A stretch of DNA of 64,000 bases from an uncultured Desulfobacter sp. (GCA_963665095.1 OY762069.1:2912001-2976000); one strand, 5' to 3'; shown: positions 1-11,457, counted from the stretch's first letter. The notes: generated by a model from the sequence alone, not told the origin. A program made the numbers and translations.

Positions 1-528
1 GCATATAAACACCTTTTGCCCCAGGTTCACGAATCTGTTTTTATCGCACCTTCCGCCCTGATCATTGGGGATGTCCATATGGCAAAAAATTCTTCGGTCT
101 GGTTTCAAACAGTGATCCGGGGGGATCTTGCCAGAATCAGCATCGGGAAAGAGACAAATATCCAGGATCTTTGCATGTGCCATGTAGATGAAAATACCCC
201 TTTAACAGTGGGCAACGGTGTGACCATTGGCCACAAGTGCTGCATCCATGGCTGTACCATTGAAGACAACTGTCTGATCGGCATGGGGGCCATTGTGATG
301 GACCGGGCGGTGATCGGAGAGGGCGCCATTATTGCTGCCGGTGCGGTGGTGCTGGAAAAAACCGTTATCCCGCCCTACTCTCTTGTCACCGGATCTCCGG
401 GCAGGGTCAAAAAAACCTATGCGGATCGCGAAAAAATTGACCACATGATGAAACATGCCTCGGATCACTATATGGGAAGAGCCAGGACTTATGCTTCCCG
501 TGACCTTTTTTATGAAATTCCGCGGTGA
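1..528 (+). CDS. Gamma carbonic anhydrase family / hexapeptide-repeat protein (5' end outside window)
   Basis: Hexapeptide repeats with IRGD, NIQD, H-V-D and TIGH..CIHGC motifs; frame is open back to position 1. Confidence 0.9.
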   Translation, partial: AYKHLLPQVHESVFIAPSALIIGDVHMAKNSSVWFQTVIRGDLARISIGKETNIQDLCMCHVDENTPLTVGNGVTIGHKCCIHGCTIEDNCLIGMGAIVMDRAVIGEGAIIAAGAVVLEKTVIPPYSLVTGSPGRVKKTYADREKIDHMMKHASDHYMGRARTYASRDLFYEIPR

Positions 529-555
529 GATTTTCTTTAAGTATTAAAGGGTGTG

Positions 556-909
556 TTACCTCAAGGTTTTTTTAATAATTGCATCACCGGCAATGCTTGG
601 GGGATCGGGAATCTGTAATTTATTTACGAATGATAGGCCCTCTTCATCAACGCCAATGGCCACCTTCAAGTCTTTCAGGTGCAACGTGAAGTAAACAAGG
701 GGGATGCCGACCGACACTTTCGGCGAAAGGGCCGGGTAGTGATCAATCTGCCTTAAAAGATTCAGATTGAAACCCACCTGGCGTCCCTTAAGGAACCTTT
801 CTTTGAAGTTCGGGGCAAGCCAGAGAATATTTTGCTGTTCGTCATAGGCCACCCTGCGGGCCTTGAAGTGTTGGGTGATAAAATAAAGTTTCATATCTTC
901 GGGGTCCAT
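556..909 (-). CDS. Hypothetical protein
   Basis: 117-aa ATG ORF filling the gap between genes; no motif recognised. Confidence 0.6.
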   Translation of the reverse strand: MDPEDMKLYFITQHFKARRVAYDEQQNILWLAPNFKERFLKGRQVGFNLNLLRQIDHYPALSPKVSVGIPLVYFTLHLKDLKVAIGVDEEGLSFVNKLQIPDPPSIAGDAIIKKTLR

Positions 910-1121
910 TGTTCAATTCATTTTGAGTAATCTTCTATCACTTACCACAATTTCCAGTTTATGCAATTTTTTTAAATAACGCTCTGAAATCCATTCAGAA
1001 GCCAAGATTCCTGTCCGGTTTAAATTCTCTTGATTTTGGTCAGTAAAACTTATTTCCCGCATTGAATTAACAACAAAAGGTTCTGTAAATAATTGTTCTT
1101 CACAGTTTCTTCATAAACCAG

Positions 1122-1976
1122 GTGTTACATTCCCTGCATATGATAGCACCACCAGTTCATAAAAAGATGGGAAACGTGGAAAACAGCATACGACATTATA
1201 CAAGAGAAAGCGCATGTCCTGACCAGGCGCTTTTCGTCTCAAATCTATTCCGGGGTTGCCAAACACCGGGGGGATGGATGGTGATTTTTCCTGCAATGAT
1301 TATTGCCGGGGCCGTTATACTTGAATACAGCGGGCTGGATTTGTGGTGGGAATCGCTTTTCTTTGACAGCCTGTCGCATTCCTGGCTCTGGCGGGAAAAC
1401 TGGTTATTCCAGGGACTGCTCCATAAAGGGGGACGTTTTTTTGATCTTCTTGCCGCAGGTACCTGGTGTCTGCTTTTTGCTGCCACAATCCTGGATAAGA
1501 ACATACAAAAATACCGAAAACCCCTTTTATATTTTTTATGTGCCGCAATCTCAGGGCCGTTTTTTGTCGGTATTCTTAAACACATAACACATATTTACAC
1601 GCCATGGGATATTATCCCTTTTTCCGGTCCACTTCCATACATTCACCTGTTTGACGCCGTGCCTGAGGGATTGCCGGTGGGGGAGGCTTTTCCAGCGGGA
1701 CATGCCTCAGGCGGCTATGCTTTTGTAAGCCTGTACTTTTTTTTGCACCAGCTCGGCGTTTCAAAAGAAAAATATGGTCTTGCTGCGGGGGTGTTCCTGG
1801 GAGCGATATTCGGATTTGCCCAACAGGCCAGAGGCGCACATTTCCCCAGTCATGACCTGTTTACCATGGCCATCTGCTGGTATGGCGCTTTTTTTATCTA
1901 TTTTCTTTTTTATCCCAAGCAATGGAAAGCATTATTCAATGATCGACACAATTTTAAGGATCCTATAACTCTATGA
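1122..1976 (+). CDS. PAP2 family membrane phosphatase (true start may be downstream)
   Basis: K....TPW, FPAGHASGG and QQARGAHFPSHD motifs; several TM segments. Confidence 0.85.
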   Translation: MLHSLHMIAPPVHKKMGNVENSIRHYTRESACPDQALFVSNLFRGCQTPGGWMVIFPAMIIAGAVILEYSGLDLWWESLFFDSLSHSWLWRENWLFQGLLHKGGRFFDLLAAGTWCLLFAATILDKNIQKYRKPLLYFLCAAISGPFFVGILKHITHIYTPWDIIPFSGPLPYIHLFDAVPEGLPVGEAFPAGHASGGYAFVSLYFFLHQLGVSKEKYGLAAGVFLGAIFGFAQQARGAHFPSHDLFTMAICWYGAFFIYFLFYPKQWKALFNDRHNFKDPITL

Positions 1977-4003
1977 AACAGCGTCATTATTTAACGCCTA
2001 TAGTTAAGTTTATTCTACTGGCTGTGGTTTTTCTGTCTGCTTCCCGACTTTGTTTAGCGATATGGCAGTGGCAGCGCCTGCATGGGGTTCATGACTGGAC
2101 CCGGCTTTTCTGGGGGGGATTCAGGGTTGATATTTCAACGCTGTGTTATCTTCTGATTTTACCCGCCTTTCTTTATTCCATATTCGCCGGGTCCCATCTC
2201 GCGGGTAAAATCTGGCAGTATATTTTCAGAATATGGCTGACTGCCGGCGGGTGGTTACTGGTGTATATGGAAGTTGCCACGGTGCCCTATATTCAGGAGT
2301 ATGATCTGAGACCCAATCGTATTTTTGTTGAATATCTAATTTACCCCAAAGAGGTTTTATCCATGCTCTGGGCAGGTTATAAGCCGGAGCTTTTCATCGG
2401 CCTGACCGCTTCCGTGTTAACATGCATATATCTGTGGAAGGCAACGGGCCGATGGTTCAGCAACCTCTCCTATCCGAAATGGCGGTATCGTCCGGCCATT
2501 GCCGTGGCTCTGGTGGCAATGGGCATCCTTGGAGCAAGAAACAGCCTTGAACACAGGCCCATGAACCCGGCCATGGTCTCTTTTTCAACCGATCCGCTGG
2601 TCAATGACCTGGTATTAAACTCATCCTATTCTGTTATTTTTGCAATAACCCAGATGGAGAACGAAGCCAGTGCCGTAAAAATGTATCCGCCTATGGACAG
2701 GTCAAAGGTGATTAACACCATTCGGTCTCAAAGTGAGCTGGCTTCTGATGCATTTTTTACGGATCAATATCCAACGCTTGCTTATCATCAGGCCACGGGA
2801 ACAAAGAGGAAAAATATTGTCATTCTTCTTCTGGAAAGCCATGGTGCGCAGTTTGTGAAGTCCTTGGGCGGAAAAGATTTGTCTCCGAATATGGATACAC
2901 TGATTCATGAAGGTTGGGCCTTCACAAACTTATACGCCACCGGGACCCGTTCAGTTCGCGGTATTGAAGCGCTGACGGCCGGGTTTCCGCCCACACCGGC
3001 CCGTTCAACAGTAAAGCTTGGCAAAAGTCAGACCCGTTTTTTTACCATTGCGGACCTATTAAAAAAGCAGGGGTATGTCACCCAGTTTATCTATGGCGGA
3101 GAAAGCCATTTTGACAACATGAAGCACTTTTTCTTAGGGAACGGTTTCACCGATATCCAGGACAGGCCGACATTTTCAAATCCGGAATATGTTGGATCCT
3201 GGGGCGTCAGTGATGAAGATCTGTTAAAAAAAGCGGATGAGCAGTACACCGGGTTCACAAAGGCAAACAAACCATTCTTCAGCCTGGTTTTTACCAGTTC
3301 AAACCACTCCCCGTTTGAATATCCAGAGGGCAGAATAACCCCTGCCAACCAACCGGCTGCAACGCGCGAAAATGCCGTAAAGTATGCTGATTATGCCATT
3401 GGCCGCTTTTTTGAAAAGGCCCGAAAATCAACGTACTGGGACAATACGATTTTCCTGGTGATTGCAGACCATGACGACCGTACCTACGGCAATCAGATGG
3501 TTCCAGTGGCCCACTTTCATATTCCGGCCATCATCACCGGCAAAGACATTGCGCCAAGACTGGATGACCGTCTTGCCAGCCAGCTTGACATGCCTGTAAC
3601 ACTGCTCTCACTGGCCGGCATCAGCGCATATACCCCCATGATCGGACACGATATGACACAGGATATTCCTGTGTCTAAACAGCGGGCAGTGATGCAGCGG
3701 GGCCGGACATTCGCATGGATGGACGCAAACCATGATGTCGTGGTCTTCCAGCCGCATAAACCCGCGCAGACATTTCACTTTGATGGCCGGACCAGCACCT
3801 TGCAGAAAGCGGATTTGCCAGGGAATATCGTCAAAACCGCGTTGGCCTTCTCTTTGTGGGGGAGCATCGCCTATCAGGACAGTTTTTATTCTCAATTGGC
3901 AGATTATCAGGAAAAACCTGCACCCGAGCGGTTTGCAGAGAAATACTACAGCCCTGCTCTGGAAATAATTCCAGGCGGGCCCATGGAGCGTGTTATAAAA
4001 TGA
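1973..4003 (+). CDS. LTA synthase (LtaS/MdoB-like) sulfatase family protein
   Basis: Five N-terminal TM helices; LLLESH, ATGTRSVRG (catalytic Thr), SSNHSPF, IADH; ATGA overlap with the upstream gene. Confidence 0.9.
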   Translation: MKQRHYLTPIVKFILLAVVFLSASRLCLAIWQWQRLHGVHDWTRLFWGGFRVDISTLCYLLILPAFLYSIFAGSHLAGKIWQYIFRIWLTAGGWLLVYMEVATVPYIQEYDLRPNRIFVEYLIYPKEVLSMLWAGYKPELFIGLTASVLTCIYLWKATGRWFSNLSYPKWRYRPAIAVALVAMGILGARNSLEHRPMNPAMVSFSTDPLVNDLVLNSSYSVIFAITQMENEASAVKMYPPMDRSKVINTIRSQSELASDAFFTDQYPTLAYHQATGTKRKNIVILLLESHGAQFVKSLGGKDLSPNMDTLIHEGWAFTNLYATGTRSVRGIEALTAGFPPTPARSTVKLGKSQTRFFTIADLLKKQGYVTQFIYGGESHFDNMKHFFLGNGFTDIQDRPTFSNPEYVGSWGVSDEDLLKKADEQYTGFTKANKPFFSLVFTSSNHSPFEYPEGRITPANQPAATRENAVKYADYAIGRFFEKARKSTYWDNTIFLVIADHDDRTYGNQMVPVAHFHIPAIITGKDIAPRLDDRLASQLDMPVTLLSLAGISAYTPMIGHDMTQDIPVSKQRAVMQRGRTFAWMDANHDVVVFQPHKPAQTFHFDGRTSTLQKADLPGNIVKTALAFSLWGSIAYQDSFYSQLADYQEKPAPERFAEKYYSPALEIIPGGPMERVIK

Positions 4004-5988
4004 TCCGAAAAATTTTCACCCAGCCAACCACCCGGTTTGATCTGATTCTCCAGCTTTCGATTATTGCGCTGGCAGGATTTGCACTGACCCGGTGCGTATT
4101 TCTGGTCCGGTCATGGCCTTTCATCGATCATATAAGTCTTGAGTGGATCTATATCTTTGGTATGGGACTTGTCTATGACATGGCCTTTATCAGCTATTTT
4201 TCCATTCCTTTTATTCTGTTTTTTTGGGCCATGCCCAATAAATGGCTGCACAGCACCCCGGGCAAAGCCCTGATACAGGCCGGATCCTTTCTGATCCTCT
4301 ACGGACTTGGCTTCACCATGGTGGCGGAGTGGTTTTTCTGGAGCGAATTCGGGGTCAGGTTTAATTTTATTTCCGTGGACTACCTGGTTTACAGACAGGA
4401 GGTCACTCAAAATATTGTACAGTCCTATCCGGTCTTTTATATCCTTCCGGTTATTCTGATTCTTACAGGCGGGGTTTTTTACTTCATTCGCCCTGCAATG
4501 GCCAGAGCCCTTTATGTAACAGAATCATTTAAAAAAAGGTCCACGAGGGCCGGCATGCTGCTGATACTGCCCCTGCTGGCGTTTTTTCTTATAAATCAGT
4601 CCGGACGAAATCTCTCCAGCAACAACTATGTCAATGAACTGGCCTCCAACGGCCCGTACCAGCTGTTTGCAGCATTCAGAAATAATCGGCTGGATTACCG
4701 GCAGTTTTATGCCACAGGAGAAGATCGGGATTTGTCCGCCAGACTGAAGAAACAGGTGGTGGACAATACCGGGGAACCCGGAAGCGGCACCTATGATATT
4801 GGCCGGTATGTCACAGCCAAGGACCCTTTAAACAAACTCAATGTCATCCTGATTACCGTGGAAAGCTTAAGCGCCGAGTATCTCACCCGGTTTGGCCAGG
4901 AAAGCGACATCACCCCGTTCATGGACCAGTGGTTTAAACAGGGCCTGCTTTTTACCAATTTTTACGCCACAGGCACAAGGACCACCCGGGGGCTGGAAGC
5001 CATTACCCTTTCCATTCCGCCCACACCGGGGCGCTCCATTGTCAAACGGCCGGACAACAGCCATATGTACAGCCTGGGACGGGTTTTCAAGAGTTTGGGG
5101 TACGATACCGCCTTTTTCTACGGCGGCAGGGGATTTTTCGATAACATGAACGCCTTTTTTTCAGGGAACGGTTACAGGATTGTGGACCAGTCAACGCTTT
5201 CCAGTGACGAAGTCACCTTTAAAAACGCCTGGGGCGTATGTGATGAAGACATCTTCAACCGGACCATCCGGGAGGCCAACCAGACATATGACGCACATCA
5301 ACCGTTTTTCTTTCACATCATGACAACGAGCAACCATCGCCCCTATACCTATCCCGAAGGCAAAATTGACCTGCCGCCGGGCAAAGGGGGACATGGCGGC
5401 TCCGGCCGGGCCGGCGGTGTAAAATACACGGATTACGCGCTGTCAAGGCTGATGGGCCAGGCAAAAGAGCAGCCCTGGTTTAATGACACCGTGTTTGTGG
5501 TGGTGGCCGATCATTGCGCAAACAGTGCCGGACGGGTAGGCCTGCCCGTTTCCAGATATCATATCCCCATGTTTATCTTTGCACCCAATTACATTCCGGC
5601 GAAGGAGGTTTCAACCCTGGCCAGCCAGATGGATATAGCGCCAACCCTATTAGCGCTTCTCAACGTCTCCTATGAAAGTTTCTTTTTCGGAAAAAATATT
5701 TTGTCCACGGATTTCAAGGGCAGAGCGCTCATTGCCAACTATCAGAAGCTGGGCCTTTTGACGGAAAACGAGCTTTTGCTGCTCTCTCCGGGCAAACAGA
5801 TCGACCGTGTTCTTCTGGACCGGGATGAGGTCCGGCTTGATAAGGTGGGAAAGGAATACCCCGGCGTTAAACGCCTGATGGCCTATTACCAGGGAGCCGA
5901 TTATGTATTCACCCACCGGATGAACCGGTGGGATCTCCACTCAGGAAGCATTGCCCAGAGTAAAACCGACTCCCGAGATCATTTATAA
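4000..5988 (+). CDS. LTA synthase (LtaS/MdoB-like) sulfatase family protein, second paralog
   Basis: ATG at 4000 overlaps the previous TGA; ITVESLS, ATGTRTTRG, TSNHRPY, VADH. Confidence 0.9.
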   Translation: MIRKIFTQPTTRFDLILQLSIIALAGFALTRCVFLVRSWPFIDHISLEWIYIFGMGLVYDMAFISYFSIPFILFFWAMPNKWLHSTPGKALIQAGSFLILYGLGFTMVAEWFFWSEFGVRFNFISVDYLVYRQEVTQNIVQSYPVFYILPVILILTGGVFYFIRPAMARALYVTESFKKRSTRAGMLLILPLLAFFLINQSGRNLSSNNYVNELASNGPYQLFAAFRNNRLDYRQFYATGEDRDLSARLKKQVVDNTGEPGSGTYDIGRYVTAKDPLNKLNVILITVESLSAEYLTRFGQESDITPFMDQWFKQGLLFTNFYATGTRTTRGLEAITLSIPPTPGRSIVKRPDNSHMYSLGRVFKSLGYDTAFFYGGRGFFDNMNAFFSGNGYRIVDQSTLSSDEVTFKNAWGVCDEDIFNRTIREANQTYDAHQPFFFHIMTTSNHRPYTYPEGKIDLPPGKGGHGGSGRAGGVKYTDYALSRLMGQAKEQPWFNDTVFVVVADHCANSAGRVGLPVSRYHIPMFIFAPNYIPAKEVSTLASQMDIAPTLLALLNVSYESFFFGKNILSTDFKGRALIANYQKLGLLTENELLLLSPGKQIDRVLLDRDEVRLDKVGKEYPGVKRLMAYYQGADYVFTHRMNRWDLHSGSIAQSKTDSRDHL

Positions 5989-6080
5989 AAAAGGCCTCCG
6001 GCATTCGCTGGAAAAAATTTGTTATTTAAATCATATCCAGGTATCTTCAGGAAAAGGTTTCGCAATTGGAACATCTTATT

Positions 6081-6758
6081 ATGAATATTTTAGTGGTTGA
6101 AGATGACAAAGGTCTTCTGGACCAGTTGGAGACCACCCTGAAAAGAAAGCAGTACCGGGTGGATGTCGCCGACAATGGTGAAAAGGCCCTGGATAAAATT
6201 TTTGATATCCCCTATGACCTTGTTCTGCTGGATATTATGCTTCCCCGCCTGGACGGACTCAGTGTTCTTAAAGAGGTCCGAAAGGCGGGACTGGACATGC
6301 CGATCCTTATGCTTACGGCAAGAAGCGATGTCCAGGACCGGGTCAAAGGGCTGGATTATGGTGCCGATGATTACCTTGCCAAACCCTTTTCCATGGCTGA
6401 ACTCATGGCCCGGATCCGGGCAATGCTCCGGCGGAAAGGGAACCGGAACCCGTTGCTTGAGGCAGGCGGGATCTGCCTGGATACCGTAACGCGCGCCGTA
6501 ACACTTAACGGCCTTGCCGTGCACCTGACCGTAAAGGAATTTTCAATCCTGGAATTTCTTTTGCACAACAAGGGCAGTGCAGTTTCCCGGTTCAGCCTGG
6601 CCGAACACGTATGGGGAGATGAGTTTGACCCGTTTTCCATGTCCAACTATGTGGATGTTCATATCAAAAATTTAAGAAAAAAACTGACCACCCGGGAAGA
6701 TGATCCTGTCATTAAAACCATCCGGGGCATCGGGTTTATTATCGAAGAGCAGGCATGA
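6081..6758 (+). CDS. OmpR family response regulator
   Basis: Receiver (VVEDD, LLDIMLP, GADDYLAKPF) plus winged helix (VDVHIKNLRKK, TIRGIGF). Confidence 0.95.
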   Translation: MNILVVEDDKGLLDQLETTLKRKQYRVDVADNGEKALDKIFDIPYDLVLLDIMLPRLDGLSVLKEVRKAGLDMPILMLTARSDVQDRVKGLDYGADDYLAKPFSMAELMARIRAMLRRKGNRNPLLEAGGICLDTVTRAVTLNGLAVHLTVKEFSILEFLLHNKGSAVSRFSLAEHVWGDEFDPFSMSNYVDVHIKNLRKKLTTREDDPVIKTIRGIGFIIEEQA

Positions 6759-8146
6759 AAATTCGCAAAAAGATCACCCTGTGGATTTCAGGTGCCGCCC
6801 TTTTATCCACCATTGCCTTTTCATCCATTATTTTCTGGGAGATGACCGAAGAGCCCTTCAAGCTCATTGACAAAGAGCTACAGCACATGGCATCGGCCCT
6901 GGCGGAGAGGATCAAAACGGCACAAAGTTCAGACACCCGGCTTGATCCGGGCGGTATGCCCTATAATCCCGACCATTACTGGATCACGGCCAGGGACGAC
7001 ACAGGAAAGGTCCTGTACCAGTCTAAGCTGACCGAATTTACAGATCTAACCGTTTCTTCCGGAAAACCCGTCTATGTAATTGAAAAACATATCCCAAGAT
7101 CAAAAATTTGGTTAAAGCAGGATGCTGCGGACGACGTAATGTTCCGGGTCATGGTGGTCCACGGGCAGATCAACGGCCGGAAACTTGAAATCCGTATTGC
7201 CAAACCCATTGAAGACCTTGAAGAGGAGTTGATCTCCCTTATTGTCCGGGTTGCAGCCTCTCTTCTGCTTTGTGCACTGGTGATTGTTATCCTGAGCTAT
7301 GTCCTGGCAGGCAGAATTTTAAGGCCAGTTTCAGCCATTATCCACCAGTCCCGGGAGATCAGTGAAAAGTCCCTGGATAAGCGAATTCCCCTGGGAAAGA
7401 ACAGGGACGAGCTCTATGAACTCTCTGTGGCCCTGAACAAAATGTTTGACAGAATCCAGCACTCCTTTAACAGACAAAGGGAGTTCATCGGCAACGCCTC
7501 CCATGAGTTAAAAAGTCCCATCACACTGTTAATGCTGGCCCAGGAGGATCTGCTCATGACCGGGAACCTGTCAACGGAGGCGGAAGAAGGACTGATCAGA
7601 CAGCTTGAAACCAGCCGGCGCATGAGTCACCTGGTGAAAAACCTGCTGGATCTCTCCAGGATGGAGCAGCAGGAGACCCTGTATACCGACCAGGTGGTAC
7701 TGGACGATCTCATTAACCGGGTGCTTGATGATTATGAAGATGTAATTGCGGAAAAACAGATTCAGGTTTTCTCTCGCATGGATGAATCCTGCCTGATACA
7801 GGGCGATCATGAAAAACTGTTCCGGCTCTTTGTGAATCTCATTGACAATGCCATCCGATATAATCTGCCTGCCCGGGGCACCATTAACATCAACATGAAA
7901 AGGGCAAAAGAGCAGGTCCGGATTACCATCCTGAATTCAGGGGCGCAGATCCCGGGGCAGGATATTCCCCACCTGTTTGAACAATTCTACCGGGTTGAAA
8001 AATCCCGGTCCCAGGCCCTTGGCGGGTCAGGTCTGGGCCTTGCCATTGCAAAAAAAATCGTCACCCTTCATAACGGCACCATTGAAATCTCCAATGCACC
8101 GGATCAGATGATCCGGACAACACTTGTTCTGCCGATAACCAACTGA
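6755..8146 (+). CDS. HAMP sensor histidine kinase
   Basis: Two TM, HAMP, ASHELKSP H-box, NLIDNAIRY, GSGLGLAI. Confidence 0.95.
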   Translation: MKIRKKITLWISGAALLSTIAFSSIIFWEMTEEPFKLIDKELQHMASALAERIKTAQSSDTRLDPGGMPYNPDHYWITARDDTGKVLYQSKLTEFTDLTVSSGKPVYVIEKHIPRSKIWLKQDAADDVMFRVMVVHGQINGRKLEIRIAKPIEDLEEELISLIVRVAASLLLCALVIVILSYVLAGRILRPVSAIIHQSREISEKSLDKRIPLGKNRDELYELSVALNKMFDRIQHSFNRQREFIGNASHELKSPITLLMLAQEDLLMTGNLSTEAEEGLIRQLETSRRMSHLVKNLLDLSRMEQQETLYTDQVVLDDLINRVLDDYEDVIAEKQIQVFSRMDESCLIQGDHEKLFRLFVNLIDNAIRYNLPARGTININMKRAKEQVRITILNSGAQIPGQDIPHLFEQFYRVEKSRSQALGGSGLGLAIAKKIVTLHNGTIEISNAPDQMIRTTLVLPITN

Positions 8147-8578
8147 CGATAAGGGTAATACAGGGACTGGCGGACTCCAAACGGTCATATCCCATGTCGT
8201 TGTTTTGTTAATGTAAATAACCATATTGTCACAGCCTGTAAAACGCCCGGTTCATCCATGGCGCCAACCATCCGTTCCAGGGATTTTCCCGCGGCAGATC
8301 TTGGAAAATATGTTTATTTTGATATTTTGGGTGTGGGCTATCACTCTTATTAAAACGAATCATTCTAAATTTTCAAAGGTCATAAGCCCCCTGACAGGGT
8401 CTATATAGTCATTTATTAGCAGGCAGAATCGAGCAGACTGTATATTCACAGGGCGAAACAATGCAGATACTGTTTGTTCCAAAGGCGACTTCCCTGCCGG
8501 CATCGTACCGTCGTGTTGTTTTTGAATTTGGCAGGAGGAACATGTTCGTTTCAAACGGTTTTTTATTAAGGAGGCAGA

Positions 8579-10140
8579 ATGAAATCTTTTTTTAATACGG
8601 ACAGACGCCTGATCCTCCCCTTTGCGTTAATCATCCTTGTTTTTCTTATCTGCATCTACCTGGTGGTTAACTCTTATCATACCGCACCGGATGATTTTGA
8701 AAAATTGAAAACAGCCCAAGCCCGGCTGGATGAGATCCAAAAGTCCACCACCGGCCGGAATCAGGCAGCCAGATCCCGAATTGAGGGTCTGAACGCTGCC
8801 ATAGCCAGCGTCATGGAAGAACTGGACAAAATTGCCTCAGGCATGGAGAAAATACAAGCCACCCATTCACAAATGGCTGACAATGCCGTTACCACCCGCC
8901 AGAAACCCAAAAGGCCATCTCTGATTTAATAGATTTAAACCCGCTTATCAAAGATTTGGCCGATCAGTTTCCAGCGCCGACCCCGGGCCAACCCGGTCAG
9001 GCGAATTCTGTTTCATCAGCAATGGCATCGGCCCGGCAGCAACTGTTCCAGATCCGGACGCGGTTAACGCAATCAGGCAAACCAGATAGTTGTTCTGACG
9101 GTGTGCTGGTATGCCTGGGCATCACACTTCTTTGCTTTTTATTTATCTGTCTCAAACTGCCAAAAGCCACGGCACAAACAATGGCCCAAAGGCCAGATTC
9201 GGAAGGATTTCGGACATCACCGGCCACAGAAATCGTAACCCAGTTGGACTTCCTGGGAAATAATATCGTTCAGATGCCGGAAATACTGACGAAACTCCAT
9301 GGTATTTCCAAAGAGAATGAAGACCAGTCCAGGGGAATTTTTGATTCAGCCGGAATCGTTCACGGGAATATCAAACGGGTGGCAGATGCCATGGAGCAGG
9401 CATCCGGGAATCTTATGCTCATCTCATCGGCCGCGGAAGGCATTACAGGTGCCATCAACGAAATTGTTAAAAACAGTGAAAATGCCAGAACCGTAACCCA
9501 GGAGGCTGTTGCGGAGACACGAAGTACCGCCGCAAAGGTGGCGGAACTGGAAGAGGCGGCGAACAGCATTGATTCTGTTTCAAATACAATCAATGAAATT
9601 TCAGAACAGACCAACCTGCTGGCGCTGAACGCCACCATCGAAGCCGCCCGGGCCGGGGAGGCGGGTAAAGGTTTTGCCGTGGTGGCCCACGAGGTCAAGG
9701 TGCTGGCCGGACAGACGGCGGATGCCACAGAGGACATACGTCGAAAGGTGGAACATATTAACACCATCACTAAAGAGATGGTGGCACAGATCGAACAGAT
9801 ATCCGATACCATTCACAACAGCAATGAAATGGTGAGCTCCATCGCCCTGGCGGTTGAAAATCAGTCGGGCTCCACCCGGGAAATCGCCGATAATGTGGCC
9901 CAGGCATCCAAAGGTCTGTCAGAAGTCAGCGGGAAGGTGAGTGCCAACCTTGAATTTGTATCTGGAATTCTGGATAACATTAAAACGGTGGAGAAGCGGT
10001 CTGAAACACTATCCGGAGAAGCTGACGAAGCCATACGCGCCAGCCGGGATCAGGTGGTGCTGTCAGAGGCACTGGTGCGGCTGATGGCAGATCTGTCAGC
10101 AGACGGCCAGGGGGAAAACAGAAGCCAGGTAAAGCGTTAA
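8579..10140 (+). pseudogene. Methyl-accepting chemotaxis protein split by a frameshift near 8890-8900
   Basis: ORF 8579-8929 has RBS and TM1; the other frame is open from ~8900 ([23 protein letters not shown]) into TM2 and [28 protein letters not shown]. Confidence 0.75.
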
Positions 10141-10287
10141 AATATTGATCCGGACAACACTTTTTCTACTGAAAACCAGCTTCCGAGGAGCGTCTCGCAA
10201 TGGACTGACATGTTGAACAAATGCAGCCGTACTTTTCAGGCCTGCTGTAAAACCGCCGGCCTGAACTGGTCTATCCTGTCATGCCTG

Positions 10288-11457
10288 CTACCTGGAGGGC
10301 ACAATGATATCATCAAATATTTCATCTGCCACACTTAATGCATCCATGGACGGCTCATAACCAATGATCTTTGCCGTTTTCATGTTAATGGCGATTTTGG
10401 ACGGCGCCTCAAACAGCTGGCCAAGATCCCTGGGTTTTGCACCGTTAAAGATCTTGGCCATGGTATCGGCGTAAAATTTGCCCACATATTGAAAGTTGGC
10501 CCGGGATATACTCATGAGAAATCCATATTTCACCTGCTCGGAATGGGACTGGGCAAAGGTGGGAATCCGGTATTTGTTGGCGATTTTCACAAGATCGGGA
10601 ATGCTGGTGGCATGAATCCCGTTCTGGGCGGTGACATAGATGGCATCAGAGGTCTGACACAAAGTTTCAAAGCACTTTTTCACACTCTCTTCGTCCTGTT
10701 TAACATCAGGGCTCTCATCGGTTGTAAAGCATGGGACAATCTCAAATCCCTCTTCGGCTGCCACCTTTTTCACGCTGTCCAGCGCGGCATAGCTTCGTCC
10801 CCGCTCCGTATCCAGGTAGGCAATGCCCAGTTTGTGAAACTTAATGAAATGATAAAAAACACGAATCTGGCGGTCATGGCGATAGGGATCCACCCGGGCA
10901 TGAACATGGTCAAAACCGGAATCTCCCACACTTTTAATGATACCTGCAGCCAGGGGATCTGTGGTTGAGATGACAAGGGTGGGCACATGGTGATCGTTTG
11001 TGGCAAGTTTCAGTCCGGCCCGGGTACCGGCGGCGATAATCAGATCAATATCCTTAGTGTTGTTCAGCCGGGAAACAATTTGGGGAACCATCTTTTCTAT
11101 CAGGGCTTTATCCCAGTTTCCGGTATAATGCGCGTCTTTGACAAACTCGATATAGTTGCTGCGAATGTTGGCCCCAAGCCACTGCCACAAACCGGCTGTC
11201 TGTTCCCCGGCCTGTGCCGGGATCGGTATTTTCTCAATCCATCCTGAGTCCATCAGCGCTTTGACAATTGCCATGAAATTGAGCTGATAGTTAATATATT
11301 CTCCCCCCTCAAAATACCCGATGCGCCACTTTTTCCCGTTATGGGTGACTGGTTTGGTTGAGAAATTTCCCTTGTCCGTGGCCTGGACGACACCCCCCCA
11401 TACAACAAGAACGCAAAAAATCAAAGCCGTACAGGCGATTTTCCTGATCCTATCCAT
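10288..11457 (-). CDS. ABC-type substrate-binding protein (orphan, ABC_sub_bind-like)
   Basis: Signal peptide; C-terminal KIFNGAKPRDL...IAINMKTAKIIG typical of the family; GGAG RBS. Confidence 0.8.
   Translation of the reverse strand: MDRIRKIACTALIFCVLVVWGGVVQATDKGNFSTKPVTHNGKKWRIGYFEGGEYINYQLNFMAIVKALMDSGWIEKIPIPAQAGEQTAGLWQWLGANIRSNYIEFVKDAHYTGNWDKALIEKMVPQIVSRLNNTKDIDLIIAAGTRAGLKLATNDHHVPTLVISTTDPLAAGIIKSVGDSGFDHVHARVDPYRHDRQIRVFYHFIKFHKLGIAYLDTERGRSYAALDSVKKVAAEEGFEIVPCFTTDESPDVKQDEESVKKCFETLCQTSDAIYVTAQNGIHATSIPDLVKIANKYRIPTFAQSHSEQVKYGFLMSISRANFQYVGKFYADTMAKIFNGAKPRDLGQLFEAPSKIAINMKTAKIIGYEPSMDALSVADEIFDDIIVPSR

Noticed and set aside
3856..3999. Extended N-terminus of the second LtaS-like ORF
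   Set aside because: Overlaps the upstream gene; the ATG at 4000 is coupled to its stop codon
8440..8520. Possible c-di-GMP-I riboswitch upstream of the MCP (CACAGGGCGAAAC...)
   Set aside because: No GNRA loop in the expected stem and no GACGCAAA core; the resemblance is superficial
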